Of a stretch of DNA of 64,000 nt, positions 42,669-55,864 are shown piece by piece. The first letter of the stretch is position 1. Each line of letters starts with the position of its first letter. The stretch comes from Octopus sinensis (Eukaryota): positions 18,414,001 to 18,478,000 of the forward strand of contig NC_042999.1 in assembly GCF_006345805.1 (NCBI RefSeq). Direction: 5' to 3'. The notes beneath the pieces were generated by a model. The model was not told where the DNA came from and made no database searches. It worked only from the letters and a program-made list of their open reading frames with translations. Made by a program: the position numbers and the translations under genes.

Positions 42669-43034
42669 ATCTTAATTATATATCTATATATACGTGTGTG
42701 CGTTTCTCTGTGTGCGTAGATGTATGTATGTACATACATATATATAAAGAAATATAAAAAGAGAAAGGTACATACATATACACACACATACACACACATA
42801 TATATCTACACTCTATTACCTAATAATTTAAGATTGCTAGCAAAAGTTTGTTTTAAAATGGAATTTTTAGTTCGTCATCAGTTTATATAATTTGGGGTAT
42901 AAAAATATGGAATAACATATTGCATAAAACCTGGAGTCTATTCGATGTGGAATAATACTGTTTATACGTGTATTATATGCAAATAATCATATTTCCTGAT
43001 GACAATCCTATATGAGAATGTTGTCAAAATCATT

Positions 43035-44230
43035 TTAGCGCCCACGTTTTGGCAACAGGGCAAAAGATTTTGGTTATTTTCACTCCTTATGTGCTATCTG
43101 TTATTATTTCTTTCATGTTCAACTATGAAACATAACTAAATTTAGTGAAATAGCTGAAAATTTACATAAATATGGGCAAAACCAGTAATGTATCATCTGA
43201 AAAGGGAGAAATAATTGTTACATTACACAGTAAACGTTATAGTTTTCGAGATATAGCCAAAATAGTGAAAGTTTCCTATAGTGTCATTCACTCTGTCATC
43301 GTAACATTTATTTTCTAGTTTCAGCTCAGAGATGCGGCCATGCCGATGCACCGCCGTTTTGTGCTACACTATTACTAAGAGCTTCCTCTAATATGTGGCA
43401 CTTGGTGAAGAATAGAGTTTGATAGAGCTACCCTCATTTGCACCTCTTGCTGTGAGGTAGGTACATCGGGGACTCTCGACAGGAAGATGTCCAGCTTTGA
43501 TTTAAAACCCCTACATCTACTTTGTGCAAGTACCTCAGATTCTTTGGGAGAATATTAAAAACCTGTGGGTCCTTGAAACCGAGGCTGTTGCAGTAACTGG
43601 TCCTGAAGCGTGACGGCATTCCTGGGATCTTTGTCGCTATGCAGCGTCGTCCCGTTCTAAGAATGGTGTAGCTTTCAATCCCAAAGTTTGGCATAATTCC
43701 TGCTAGGATCTTCCAGATTTATATTACTGCATACCTCTCCCAGTATAAAGAAAAAGGAAACAAAAATACGACAGTGCTCGGTCAGGTCGTCCAAAAGTGA
43801 CTTCTAAATCATAGGATGATTTCATCAGAGTTACCAGTCTTCGAAACAGGCGCATAACAGCAAATGAAATCGCTGCACAAAGAAGTGAAGCGGGCGAAGC
43901 TAACGAGTCTCTTACAACCATGAGCAGAAGACTCATTGCTGCCGGTCGAAATGACCATTGCACTGCTAGGAACCACTGCTTTAAAGTGTGAATAACTTTG
44001 AAACATTTGAACCAGAAAATACCAAACCTGAACCAGTGATCAATGGAAACGAGTCGTCTGGATTGATGCATCAATGTTTGAACTCTTCGGATCTCGGCGT
44101 AGAGTTTATGTGAGGCAAGGAATTGATGAACGGATGATACCCGAGTGTGTAGTTGGAACTGTAAAGCATGATGTGAGACGTGTGATGATCTGGGGGTGCT
44201 TTGCAGGCAATAGTGTTGAGGATATTATTC
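43035..44230 (+). pseudogene. Decayed Tc1-like transposase, interrupted by a CR1 fragment
   Basis: MGKT..SFRDIAKIVKVSYS (43172-43300), RSGRPKVT..LRNRRITA, FELFGSRRRVYVR..TVKH...VMIWGCF. Confidence 0.85.
43305..43742 (-). mobile_element. CR1/L2-like LINE 3' fragment nested in the Tc1 relic
   Basis: IWKILAGIMPNFGI..RTGRRC..NSLGFKDPQVFNILPKNLR; its 3' end (ggtgcatcggcatggccgca..ctgaaac) resembles the SINE E tail. Confidence 0.8.
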
Positions 44231-44332
44231 TGGAAACAGAATATTCTTTCTGGCTCCTGAGTACTTTAGCAGATAAGACATTTCATTCTTGCTTTCAACT
44301 CTAGCATAGTTTCTGACATAATTCAAATACTG

Positions 44333-44399
<67 letters not shown>

Positions 44400-44404
44400 T
44401 ATAT

Positions 44405-44612
44405 ATACAAATAAATGAAAGAATGGAGTTGAACGTCCAACTCCATTCTTTCATTTATTTGTATTTAAAAAAAACACACAATTTCCACACGATAGCACGT
44501 GATCTCTGCCCTAGGCATGTAGCTTCAACCGTGTTTTTCTGACGTGAATTTGCTACCCAGGTATCGGTTAACCGAATTATCCATAATAAGATAATTCATT
44601 CAACTACTCAAT
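44405..44612. mobile_element. Perfect 27-bp hairpin (44405-44464, loop AACGTC) with a right-arm extension, between (TA)n tracts
   Basis: atacaaataaatgaaagaatggagttg aacgtc caactccattctttcatttatttgtat. Confidence 0.7.
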
Positions 44613-45109
44613 TATATATATATATATATATATGCGTGCACGAAGGTCGTTGATCGCTGATCTATATTCAATTTAGTTGACATGGAAAGTGGGGGAAAAG
44701 GCGGGCGTAAAGCGAAGCTCAAGGATAATTATACAAGCAGACACGTAGTTTTACTACTGAGCTAATGGATTAGAGAGAAACTGAATGGCTGTTACGTAAG
44801 ATTAATTGAGTGAGAGAGAACGTAGAGATGCAAGTGTCAATCATGATAAGGAAAGTAAAGGACGAGAAGATGTGTAATTTATGACATATTCTTTTGACGT
44901 TTATTTTTGTTGTCTAAATTCCTCGGGGGAACAGCTAATCTGATTCACTTCCAACATATATGCCTATCAGACGTTAGTGACGCGAATGTCGTTAATTTAT
45001 AGGTGATTTAATGCATTCTGTTAGGTCTACAGACCGACATTTACGCATATACCTGTGTGTGTGAATGTGTGTGAATGTGTGTGTGTGTGATTGTGTGTGT
45101 GTGTGTGTG

Positions 45110-45514
45110 TAACTTGTATCTTTTAGCTCTTCCCGGTCACAGTTATTACGTTGCGGCCATGCTGGGAAACGCCTTCGCGATTTATAGTCGGACGAATCGA
45201 TCCCGGTGGTACGTGTTTATTTTGAAGCCTGGTACTACATTCATCGGTGTCTTTTGCTGAACTGCAAATTTAAGGGGAACGTAAACACACCAGCAGCGGT
45301 TGTGAACCGGTGCTAGTGAGGAAACATGTGCGCAAAGACACGCTATGTGTGTGTTTAGGCATATAGATATAGATATAGTTGTTCGGCAAAGGGAACCGAT
45401 AGAATAAGTACTAGGCTTACAAAGAATAAGTCTTAGGAACGATTTGCTCGACTAAATGCGGTGCTCCAGCATGGCTACAGTCAAATGACTGAAACAAGTA
45501 AAAGAGTAAAGAGT
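45110..45514. mobile_element. Two SINE family E 3' fragments in opposite orientation (45110-45340 minus; 45380-45514 plus)
   Basis: Match to the family E tail. Confidence 0.75.
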
Positions 45515-46869
45515 ACATATATATATATGTGTGTATATATATGTATATATATATATATATATATATAATATAATATATATATATATATATACACACACAT
45601 ATATATATATACACATATATGTGGGTGTGCGTGTGGATGCTTGGGTATGTGTGGATATTTATACACCTGCACACACAAGATACTTGGTTTCTACCACTCA
45701 GAGACCATGTACGTTTAAGCGAAAGGAAATTCAAAGGCTGCCTTATTTCTTACTCAAAGAATATGTGAGTGCATGTTTATATGCACGCGTGAGTGTGACC
45801 AGCTGCTTGTATAGGTGCATGTGTGTGTGTGCATTTGTAACTTCACAAGATTCATTTTCTATGCTAATGCAACAGCACCAAATGTCTAGTGTCTGAAAAT
45901 ATGCATATATTTCTAAATCTTGAAGAGACATGTAAAATGACTGATTATTATGAATTTTCGTTAAACGTACTTCTAATCTTGGCGGCCATAACACTGCTTT
46001 ATCAAGATACATTTAGAAACAAAATGACGTTTATAATAATAATAAACATTATGAATTCGATTGTTCGTTCCTTCTTGTCATTTACATTACCACAATATTC
46101 TGATATAAAATTGGGTGAACTATTCTATTAGAGATTTCCTACATTTCGAACGCATTTGTATTTCCATAGTATTAACCCTATCGACATTTCAGCGAGTTTA
46201 CGTTCAGAAAATTCCCAGTTTGGTGACATACATGAGATATCAGATGTAAACGAATAAAAATCTATCAATAAAATTGATTAAATTTATTTATGTACCTAGA
46301 AAAGTCCGTTCAATGTAAATGAATTTTGCATGTTATTTTCAGAAGCGACACTAACGTCGTGAAAATATCACGTAATTTTCAACACTTAGAGAAGAACACA
46401 ACACTGTTAACGTTCGCAAATAATTGCATTTCTTTTGTCTTCTTTCTACTGCACATAAATCAGCGAATTCCAATTGAATACCTATTTGGATACCTAAGAC
46501 TTAGTTTATAGCATATATTGTTGCCGAGAAGCCCTAATTCGGTTGTTTTATTTGTAGGTGAAATACATTTATAATATTCAAATAGCCACCCTAATGAAAT
46601 CTACAACATCCAAAATAATAATTTAGTACACTGCATTTTCCTGTTTATAATATAAAAGTTCACAATTCTCATTTATACATGTCTATCCATCTATCTATCT
46701 ATCTATAAATCTATCTATCAATATGTGTGTGCGCGCGCCTGTGGGTGTGTATATCTATGCATGTGCATGTGAAGCGGAGTACTATATGTTACCGACAATC
46801 TCAAGATAGTTTTGTGAGAAATTCTGAAATCATATACATATGTGTGTGTGTATATATATATATATATAT

Positions 46870-47042
46870 ACCGGAGTAAACACATAAATGTGAAACAAGG
46901 TGGAAAAAAGAGTACTCAAATACCAGTGGTAGAGTAATATGCTTTATTTAAAGCAGCTAGCAAAAACTGTCCGATGAACGGCAACGGGAAACTCAGAGTA
47001 ACAGGTTTTGTTGAATTTTCTTCTGTTTTAAATAAAGTATAT
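46870..47042. mobile_element. Head-to-head pLTR mini-element with HHR, in (TA)n
   Basis: atatgctttatttaaagcag (46937-46956) inverted at 47023-47042; left arm extends ~67 nt further. Confidence 0.75.
46961..47010 (+). ncRNA. Minimal type I hammerhead ribozyme-like motif
   Basis: caaaaacUGU CCGAUGA A CG GCAA CG G GAAACUCAGAGUA ACAGguuuug; 9 of 10 stem I pairs. Confidence 0.75.
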
Positions 47043-47051
47043 ATATATATA

Positions 47052-47506
47052 CCATAAATCCTCGAGTATAATCCGCATTTTTCCCGAAATTTTAATGGTG
47101 AAAATCCCTAGTGCGTACTATAAACGAGGTTAAAAAGGAAAATTATTGTCTAAACAACGTTCGAATCTCTATTTGCCCTCCGGCAATGTTTATTCAGATG
47201 CATTTTGTGAGGTCGGGTGCGAAAATACTTTAAGCTAAGCCTGAAAGTAATGAAGTCATAAAAGAATAATCCATAATTTGCCGTAAGCAACATTCATTAA
47301 ATTTTATTACTGATATTACTGTTATTTTCTGCAAACATAATGCACAAAAAAGTTACACGTTTGCATTATGTTATATATGTAATAATAATAAAGGACGTTA
47401 CGGAATACAGCTTTACAAATCAAGGACGTTATATAGACCTCCTTGACACAAGTTCGAGAAGATGTGCGTATTATACTCAAGGGCGGACTATACTCGAGGA
47501 TTAGGG
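47052..47506. mobile_element. Tc1/pogo-type MITE with ~25-bp TIRs and TA flanks
   Basis: TA-ccataaatcctcgagtataatccgc ... gcggactatactcgaggattaggg-TA. Confidence 0.85.
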
Positions 47507-47521
47507 TATATATATATTATA

Positions 47522-47556
<35 letters not shown>

Positions 47557-47559
47557 ATA

Positions 47560-47590
<31 letters not shown>

Positions 47591-47734
47591 CATATATATA
47601 TACATATATATACATATATATGTATGTATGTATATATATATGTGTCTGTTTGTATGAATATTCACACGCATGTGTGTGTGTATATGTGTGCATATGCGGA
47701 TTCTATGAATGACGTTTTACTTTCTCCATGCCTA

Positions 47735-47870
47735 TTGGAGTAATTTCACCTTTATTCAAAGATTCTTTTTAATACCGTTTTTGTTTGTCTTAATAAGTGA
47801 TGAGCAGACTTCAGTCCCGGCATCCGAATCTCTGAGTTTTATCTTGATAACCAACTAATTGTCACGCATC
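47735..47870 (+). mobile_element. Old relic related to the Naiad-like pLTR/HHR at 12620-12770
   Basis: cggcatccgaatctctgagttttatcttga versus cggcatctgaaactcagagttttatcttga; gTGATGA core; abuts (TA)n. Confidence 0.6.
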
Positions 47871-47883
47871 ATATATATATATG

Positions 47884-47915
<32 letters not shown>

Positions 47916-47941
47916 TATATGTGTATATGTATATATATATA

Positions 47942-48435
47942 TCTTTATATATAAAAGTGAGGTTGTGTATCTGTCTACACCGATTTAGATTCCCAAATAC
48001 TCCCACATTTTGCGGTGCAGTTTAACCAAAACCGGATATCTTATAGTCGTGATTCATATCGAGCCCTTCTGGGTATTAGCGTGCGTCTACGATGAGTCTA
48101 CGATTTTAAAAATAATTTACCATCATTTTTTTCCATTTTAATGCATATTTTTTTTAAATATAAGGGAAGTAACTCTCTAAAAATGACTACGATGAGTCAA
48201 CGATTTAAAAAAAATTACCATCATATTTTTTCCATTTTTAATGCATTTTTTTGGCTATTTTGGGGCTATAACTCTCTAAAAATGACTACGATGAGTCAAC
48301 GATTTAAAAAAAAATTACCATCATATTTTTTCCATTTTTAATGCATTTTTTTGGCTATTTTGGGGCTATAACTCTCTAAAAATGCTTTATAGTCATTTCC
48401 CTTACAAACCCGAGCAACGCCTAGCAATACTGCTA

Positions 48436-48436
<1 letters not shown>
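47942..48436 (+). mobile_element. Non-autonomous Helitron with an internal ~102-bp minisatellite
   Basis: A|TC..tatatataaaa 5' end; subterminal cccgagcaacgcc motif and CTAG|T 3' end; ctacgatgagtc units at ~48087, 48187, 48287. Confidence 0.8.
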
Positions 48437-48477
<41 letters not shown>

Positions 48478-49464
48478 TCGAAGTTAAAAGAACCGGGCTA
48501 AATACTGCAGAGCAATCTATCGGATGCTTTAATGGTTTTCTAAATAGGCCAATGCGCGCACGCACTCACACAGACTCACACACGAACACATACAGACACA
48601 CACGCACACACCTATGTTCACAGAACACTTGTCCATGTCTGAGTTCACATAACACTCTGGTGATTATTCCGAATGACTCAATTTAGCACTTGTCAACCGC
48701 CAACTGTGTATCGCTGTTTCCAGATAGGGTAAGGGTATACATTGTTTGGGGACAAATGTGTTTATATGAGATATCACTAATAGCTTTAGCTGCTTGGACA
48801 CCCCCTAATTTTATTCTTCTCTCTATTTCTCATTCTAACACAAGCGATCTTACGTTTTTAGTGCTCTTTATCGAAATTTTCGAAATCATTTGTTAATTGC
48901 TCGTACTTGTGTGCGCACATAGGCGAATACAGATATACAGAACTAAGCATATATGCGCAAGTGCCTTCTGGTAAATTGAAATAATGTAGACACAGATGGG
49001 AAAAGTTGGTGATATAATTGATAAACGTATGCGAGTGAGATAAACAGATAATATTAGACAGAGAATTTGTGAGCATCTGCGTGCGAGTGAATGTGTGTGA
49101 ATAAAAGAAGAGTATAATAAAGAAGGAGAGATGTCAGATAAAAACGTAACAGCAGATTGGAGATATTTCGATGTAGAGAAAGTTGTCAGAGAAACTGATA
49201 GACGCAGACAGAAAGAGCCTGAGAGAACCGTTAAAGTTGCAGCAGATGTGATGTGTGATAGACATATATGTGAAAGGGAAACAGACCGAGTGTATGCATG
49301 ACTGAATGCAATATATATATATATATATATATATATAGATAGATATATATATGTATATGTATATGTATATATATATATGTATATATATATATATGCATAT
49401 ATATATATTTATATATGTGTAGAAATATATATATATATAAATGTTTATATATATATATTATATG

Positions 49465-49524
<60 letters not shown>

Positions 49525-49536
49525 GATATATATATG

Positions 49537-49596
<60 letters not shown>

Positions 49597-49708
49597 TATA
49601 TCTGTGTGTGTGTCTGTGTATATATGTAAGTATATGCATATACATTTGTGTGTGTGAGTATGTATATATAGCTTTGTTTGTATACATACACATACAGACA
49701 TATATATA

Positions 49709-49740
<32 letters not shown>

Positions 49741-50009
49741 TATTCATTTATATGGACACACGGTCACACACGCATGTGTATGTAATAAATAAGCCAATGG
49801 GCTAGACATACAAAATGATGCATGCAAATGATGATCGTCAGTCTGAATCTTGTCTACATCGCTTGACCAATTCCAGAGAACCAAGTAGCCTCTCTGTTTA
49901 TATAGTCATCAAATCAAATAGCTTCAGAGAACTAAGCTACTAATTTAATATCAAATTCCTGTCAACGATACGCACATGTGTATGCTAGAGAGCCAGACAG
50001 ATTGGGATA

Positions 50010-50036
50010 GCTAGATAGATAGATAGAGACAGACAG

Positions 50037-50125
<89 letters not shown>

Positions 50126-50152
50126 GACAGACAGATAGATAGATATATACAA

Positions 50153-50211
<59 letters not shown>

Positions 50212-50212
50212 T

Positions 50213-50243
<31 letters not shown>

Positions 50244-50310
50244 TATAGATAGATATATATATCGATAAATAGATAGAGAGAGAGAGAGAGAAACAGACAC
50301 ACATATATAC

Positions 50311-50390
<80 letters not shown>

Positions 50391-50428
50391 CGATAGATAG
50401 AGAGAAACAGACAGACAGACAGACAGAC

Positions 50429-50493
<65 letters not shown>

Positions 50494-50536
50494 TAGATAG
50501 ATAGATAGAGAGAAACAGACAGACAGAGAGACAGAC

Positions 50537-50603
<67 letters not shown>

Positions 50604-50617
50604 AAGATAGATAGATA
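50010..50617. repeat. (GATA)n/(GACA)n microsatellite
   Basis: Direct reading. Confidence 0.95.
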
Positions 50618-51574
50618 ACAAATAGGCAGATTTAGCATGCGTGATTGACTGAGTGAGCGAGTGAGTGAATGAGTGCGCCAGAGTTCAAATTATTTACCAG
50701 CGTGTAGTGTTCTCCGGAGCAGCTAAACAGAAAATACAATTAAAGTTGTACTAAGTTCCGTTGGTTTTCACACTGACTAAAACTAAGAACGATACCATAG
50801 GAAATATAATTTCTTATCATTCGAAGCATATATCGCCAGAGCAGGCGATAAGTAACTTATATGTAAATGCATCATGTACTCTTTGAGACGCTTTGAATCG
50901 CTTCGCGCGTTATGTATGTACCAAGGCGTCGGTCATATTGTAAAAGTTTCTGTGATACTTTCGGTGAGAAAAATTGTGAAGGAATGAAAGCGATTCATTA
51001 TGGTGTGGATGTATGTGTGCATCTATGTGTGTGCCTTTCCTATTTGTCTTTTTTTTAAATTTAAAATTAATTTTAACTGAGCACAGATGTGAAGAAAACC
51101 ATCTTATGTCGTTCATTCATTGCATCTTAACAACCAAAATGCCTCTCTGAGACCAGAAAAGCGATTTCCAACTAATTTTATGTCGCCGAGAATGAATATC
51201 ATGGTTAAAACTGTTTGGTAGCTCTATTTTTCAATATGCACGTATGAGTCACAACATGTCCCAACAGGTCCCAACAGGCTTGCGACAGTGTTTCGTAGCA
51301 CACTCAAAGTGCCCCTGCGCTTCTGTATTTTTCCAGTAGTCATAGGAGGTGTTTGTGCTGTGCAAGTTTATATATTGCGATGAACGGTAGGGGATTTTCC
51401 TAGTCAATCACTTTCAAAATTTATAATAAATATTCATTGAGGAAGCTATTGATATGCATGTGAGGCATTTTATATTAATTTTATTTTCCTACCGGATTAG
51501 ATAAATACTTCTGCTAAGCTGTGAATGAATTTTCTGTGCATCTTCTAATTGTTTATTGTTTTCTTCTTTCAGAT

Positions 51575-52450
51575 CTCTTGCACTTGTGTGAATAAAGCAG
51601 ATAACTTCTGCTACATTTATGGTGAAGGGACATTTGCATCAGAAAACTGCCGTAAAACTGCTATCGTATTAAGGCATATATGACAACCAGAATAAGAAGT
51701 ATTTTGTTGTTGTTTGTTCCTTCTCGATCCACGCCTAGCTCATAAGGGCCGGTTTCCCGTTTTCCTTGGCTTATAGGTTCCCCACCTGGACGGGACGCCG
51801 GTCCGTCGCAGGTGAGCTGCAAGATGCAGGAGGAAAGAGTGTGAGAAAGTTGTGGTGCAAGTGTCAGCAGAAGTTCGCCATTACCTTCTGCCGGAGCCGC
51901 GTGAAGCTTAGGTGTTTCGCTCGTAAACACACATATTGCTCGGTCTGAGATTCGAATCCGCGATGCCTCCATAGAATAAGAAGTGTGCTATTGACATATG
52001 CTGCAGCACTTTTGCTATTAAACTACGCCAATGGTTGAACAGGAAGAGGAGAGGAATGCCTTTTGCTCTGCCAATCACTGACGTGAGCCAACAGATCATA
52101 CCAACAATTGTTATACATGTCTGATACCTCAAGTAAAAAGAGAGCTTATCAAAAGAGAAAAAGGGGCCCATTGAATATCCAAACATTCCATCAACTGTTC
52201 ATCCCGTTCCATATGGAAAAGTTCGATCTGTTTCTGATGCGCCAACTTCGGTATCTGTTGTGTAAGATAAAGAATGTAATGAAGAGGAAGCAGAGACAGA
52301 TGACAGTGCTGGATTACAGAGTGACCCAAATTTTCAGGACGACATCTCATAACATAAAAGTAACTTCATGACCTTATCAGGGTTCAACAACTGCCTAAGA
52401 ATAAAACAGAGCTGCTAGGGTCTCGTCTTTAACAGCGGTATGTCCTAACA
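51575..52450 (+). pseudogene. Decayed Cys-rich DNA transposase N-terminus (probably CMC/Chapaev-3 type), split by a SINE
   Basis: CVNKADNFCYIYGE..; ICCST...LRQWLNRKRRGMPFALP..REPTDHTNNCYTC; IEYPNIPSTVHPVP; LPKNKTELLGSRL. Confidence 0.7.
51701..51972 (-). mobile_element. SINE family C with 12-bp TSD and partly deleted tRNA head
   Basis: TSD agaataagaagt at 51689-51700 and 51973-51984. Confidence 0.92.
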
Positions 52451-52546
52451 GCTAATGTGAAGAGTTCAAATGTTTTTTGTAATCAACTACAGCTCAGCAG
52501 TTTTTCCATAATGGAAGATGATTTATTGGCATGCAACAATATTAAT

Positions 52547-52765
52547 TGCGGAGATGTACTTGCATTGCAAGTGATTTGATCTGTGATCGAGTGCTGAAAC
52601 GAAAACAATTGCAGCGTGGAAGGTGTTTGTAAGCCATTTAAGAAACACACAAAAGCCGTTCGATTCTTAAAGCGACGATAATATTTTGACAAATTAAACT
52701 TAAATGTTGAAGTGAATCGAACGCTTTTGTGTGTTTCTTAAATGGCTTACAAACACCTTCCACGC
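52547..52765. mobile_element. Head-to-head insertion of two fragments of the 56455-56650 element, with 12-14 bp TSD
   Basis: 52614-52666 inverted at 52714-52765; gcaacaatattaat at 52533-52546 and 52764-52777. Confidence 0.85.
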
Positions 52766-53246
52766 AACAATATTAATGATCTGATGGAAGCACTAGGTAT
52801 AGGATACGAATCCAGTCACTAGAGACTATTCATGGATTCATCAAAAACTAGCTTTCTCCTTCCCATGATGGACTAATCGGAAGTCACCATTTGTAAGAAA
52901 CTCTCGAATCTGAGGATTAGTTGTAGAAGTCTGGTTCAGAAGTCCCGGGCCGTTGAGGCGTGTGCAATCATATTTTAACACCACTTGCTCTCAGATCTAA
53001 TATGATTCGGAGTAGTAGCACTAACAGGCCCCAATTAAGGGTTAACAAGCATATGTGATGATAATCCATTTGTATATATACATATATAATATTTTAATAT
53101 GCATATATATTTATATATTATATAATATAAAACAAACATGTATATGTACAAGCACGCGTATAAACATTAATATAAATACACACACGTACACACACACACA
53201 CACACATATAGACAGAGAAGGACAGGTAGACAGACATACAGACAGC

Positions 53247-53305
<59 letters not shown>

Positions 53306-53419
53306 ATATATAGATAGATAGAGAGAGTTAGATAGATTAATAGATAGGTAGATACATAGATAGATATATATATATATTTAAATAGGTAGATTGATAGATA
53401 GACAGACAGACAAAGATAA

Positions 53420-53481
<62 letters not shown>

Positions 53482-53491
<10 letters not shown>

Positions 53492-53630
53492 CGGAAAGTT
53501 TACGAAAATAAACAAAAGACGAAGGCAGGTAGAGTACAAACAAACAAATGTATTAGTATAGCACTCAGAATAGAAATAGAAAAAGCATTTTACGTTTGGA
53601 GCCTACGCTCTTCAAGAGAAAGATACACAG
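53482..53630 (-). mobile_element. pLTR-like element related to 27849-28010
   Basis: ttttacgtttggagcctacgctcttcaa shared; abuts (TA)n. Confidence 0.6.
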
Positions 53631-55689
53631 AAAAAAAACAAGGAGAGAAACAAGGAGAGAGAGAGAGAAATAGACAGAGACAGACAGAAAAAGACAGAGA
53701 GGCCGGAGAGAATTTTGCAAGTATTTTTGTATTTTGGAAAGCGAAAATACAACACACATAGAAATAAAACACGCATAGATATACACCATTGCATCAGTCA
53801 TCAACTATTATAAAACTTCAACATTGTTTGCATTATTTCTCAGTCAAGGTTTCAATAGAATTAAAGCGGTCAATTTATACAAACGAGAATATTCTATTGG
53901 CGTACTGACATCTGCAATACTTAACGAACAGGAAATGCGTATTATTTGAAAAGAACGATACATTTAACACAAGTCGTACAAGGAACCTTGAAATATTCCT
54001 TGAAATAAGCATGAAAATATAAATATATATCGTTTTCTAGATAAAAACAAAGGATTTAAGACAGGTTTGTAAAGTTACGCGTGAACAGCATTAGTAAATG
54101 GACTTTCGGCGTTAGGAAAAATAGAAAGCCGAGATCAAAGAGAAACCATCTCTGAGAACTTTAGACATCAGGAGAAGAAAAATCTCAGAGTAAGAAAGCA
54201 GTGATGTGGAGGGGATGTGGTAGTGTTTTCTGTGTATGGACGGAATGACGACGGAGACACACTAGAAAGAGACTGTCATATCAGTGAATGCATTAGAGAG
54301 GGAGGTGAGTTATGTAAAGATGGTAAGAGACAACAGATTGTAGGAGAGAAAGGGAGAGACAGAGACAGAGACAGACAGACAACGAAAGAGAGATCTAAAA
54401 GGTAGTAGTAGTAATAGAAACGGGCTGTATGTGAGACAAAGAGAAGAGACAGGTTTTAGCAGAGATTTTTTAAAAAATGAAATACACGAAACAGAGATAG
54501 TGGTTGACATAGTCTAAAGAAAAGAAATAAAGACATTCCGGCATGTTTCTTCGAAGGGTTTGGTCGAATAAATCAACCCGATTACATATATTTATGCCTA
54601 ACAAGGACATAAACGAACCAATTCCGGTTTCAAATGGTGGTGGAAAAACACAGACACACGCACACACATATTTATGTATGTATGACAAGTTTCCACAGAG
54701 TCTGCATCAACGAGGTTCATTCACAAAGCATTACTTCCCCTATAGAAGAAAACATTTAACCAAAGTGTAACGCGGTGATGCATGTACACACACAAGTAAG
54801 CACATGTGCATAGACACGCATACAAAAATAAACATACACATACATGTGTGTATGCTTGTATATATGAGAGCGTGTTGAGTGTGTGTGCTAAATATTATTA
54901 CCGCTAGGAGATCACAACTCCCACGTATGTATGAATATTCATTATACTTTTACGTGCAATTTAAGAACTATTTTTTTTTTGTTCCTAGTCAATATTCGCA
55001 TAAGGAATAGCTTATATGTACTGACTGGATGAAAGAGCAGCAAAATTAATTACTCTGTCATTTCGGGAGCGATTGAAAATACATTCGATTCCGATGGGAT
55101 TAGGTTTCCAAAAACAAAGGTGATTTGCAGCATAGATTACATTAGAAAAGGCAAAACATATAAATAAATGCTGAGTGTTAGATATTTTTGCCAAATTCCT
55201 AAATGCTTACTGTTGTTTACTTTGTTCAATATAATATAACCTCCACATATAAGTGTATTATATTGACTGTTCCCTTTCCCTAGGTCAAAATTAAGAACTA
55301 ATTTTAGACATCACTTGACGCTTATCAGGAAAGTAAAGATGGTTATTTATCATGAAATGTAGATAACCTGGATAATTAGAATGCGATATCTACTTTCATA
55401 ATCATAATTTCATTCCAATTTTTTTATTGTCCCCAACGTCTTTTGTTCATGTGATTAATAAGGATAACATTGAATGCCCGATATAGCATTTGGGAATAGA
55501 GAGGGAAACAAAACCTCTCTATTTTTTGTTTCCCTCATAGATATTGCAAGATTTGGTGATGGCTGAGTATCAGAGAGAGAAGAGAAGCTGGTTAGATTGA
55601 TAATGCCACGTGAGAAATGAAAACACTGCGGTCATTCAAGGAGGTATGTGTTACAACTTCTGTCGTCCGAAACTTTGGTTCCCTAAGTA

Positions 55690-55790
55690 GAATTCTCACA
55701 CGCTTCATTGAAAATATAGGAATAAATATGAAGATAAAGCTTCTACAGAAAACAGTGGTGATTGGAACTGCCCAAGCCTCTGTGAAATAT
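55690..55790 (+). mobile_element. Highly decayed R4/Dong-like C-terminal fragment
   Basis: IENIGINMKIKLLQKTVVIGTA resembles the LQKxxLLGTA motif. Confidence 0.4.
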
Positions 55791-55864
55791 TGGTAATTTG
55801 ATTGAAATATGTTACGTTAATCTAATGGTTGCGGACAGCTGATACATTTATCAGTGAAGTATTA

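Noticed and set aside
48087-48380. CRISPR-like array
   Set aside because: Whole ~102-bp units repeat without unique spacers; Helitron minisatellite in a eukaryotic context.
49962-50638. (YLSI)n ORFs and the many IY/VC-rich ORFs elsewhere
   Set aside because: Microsatellite translations.
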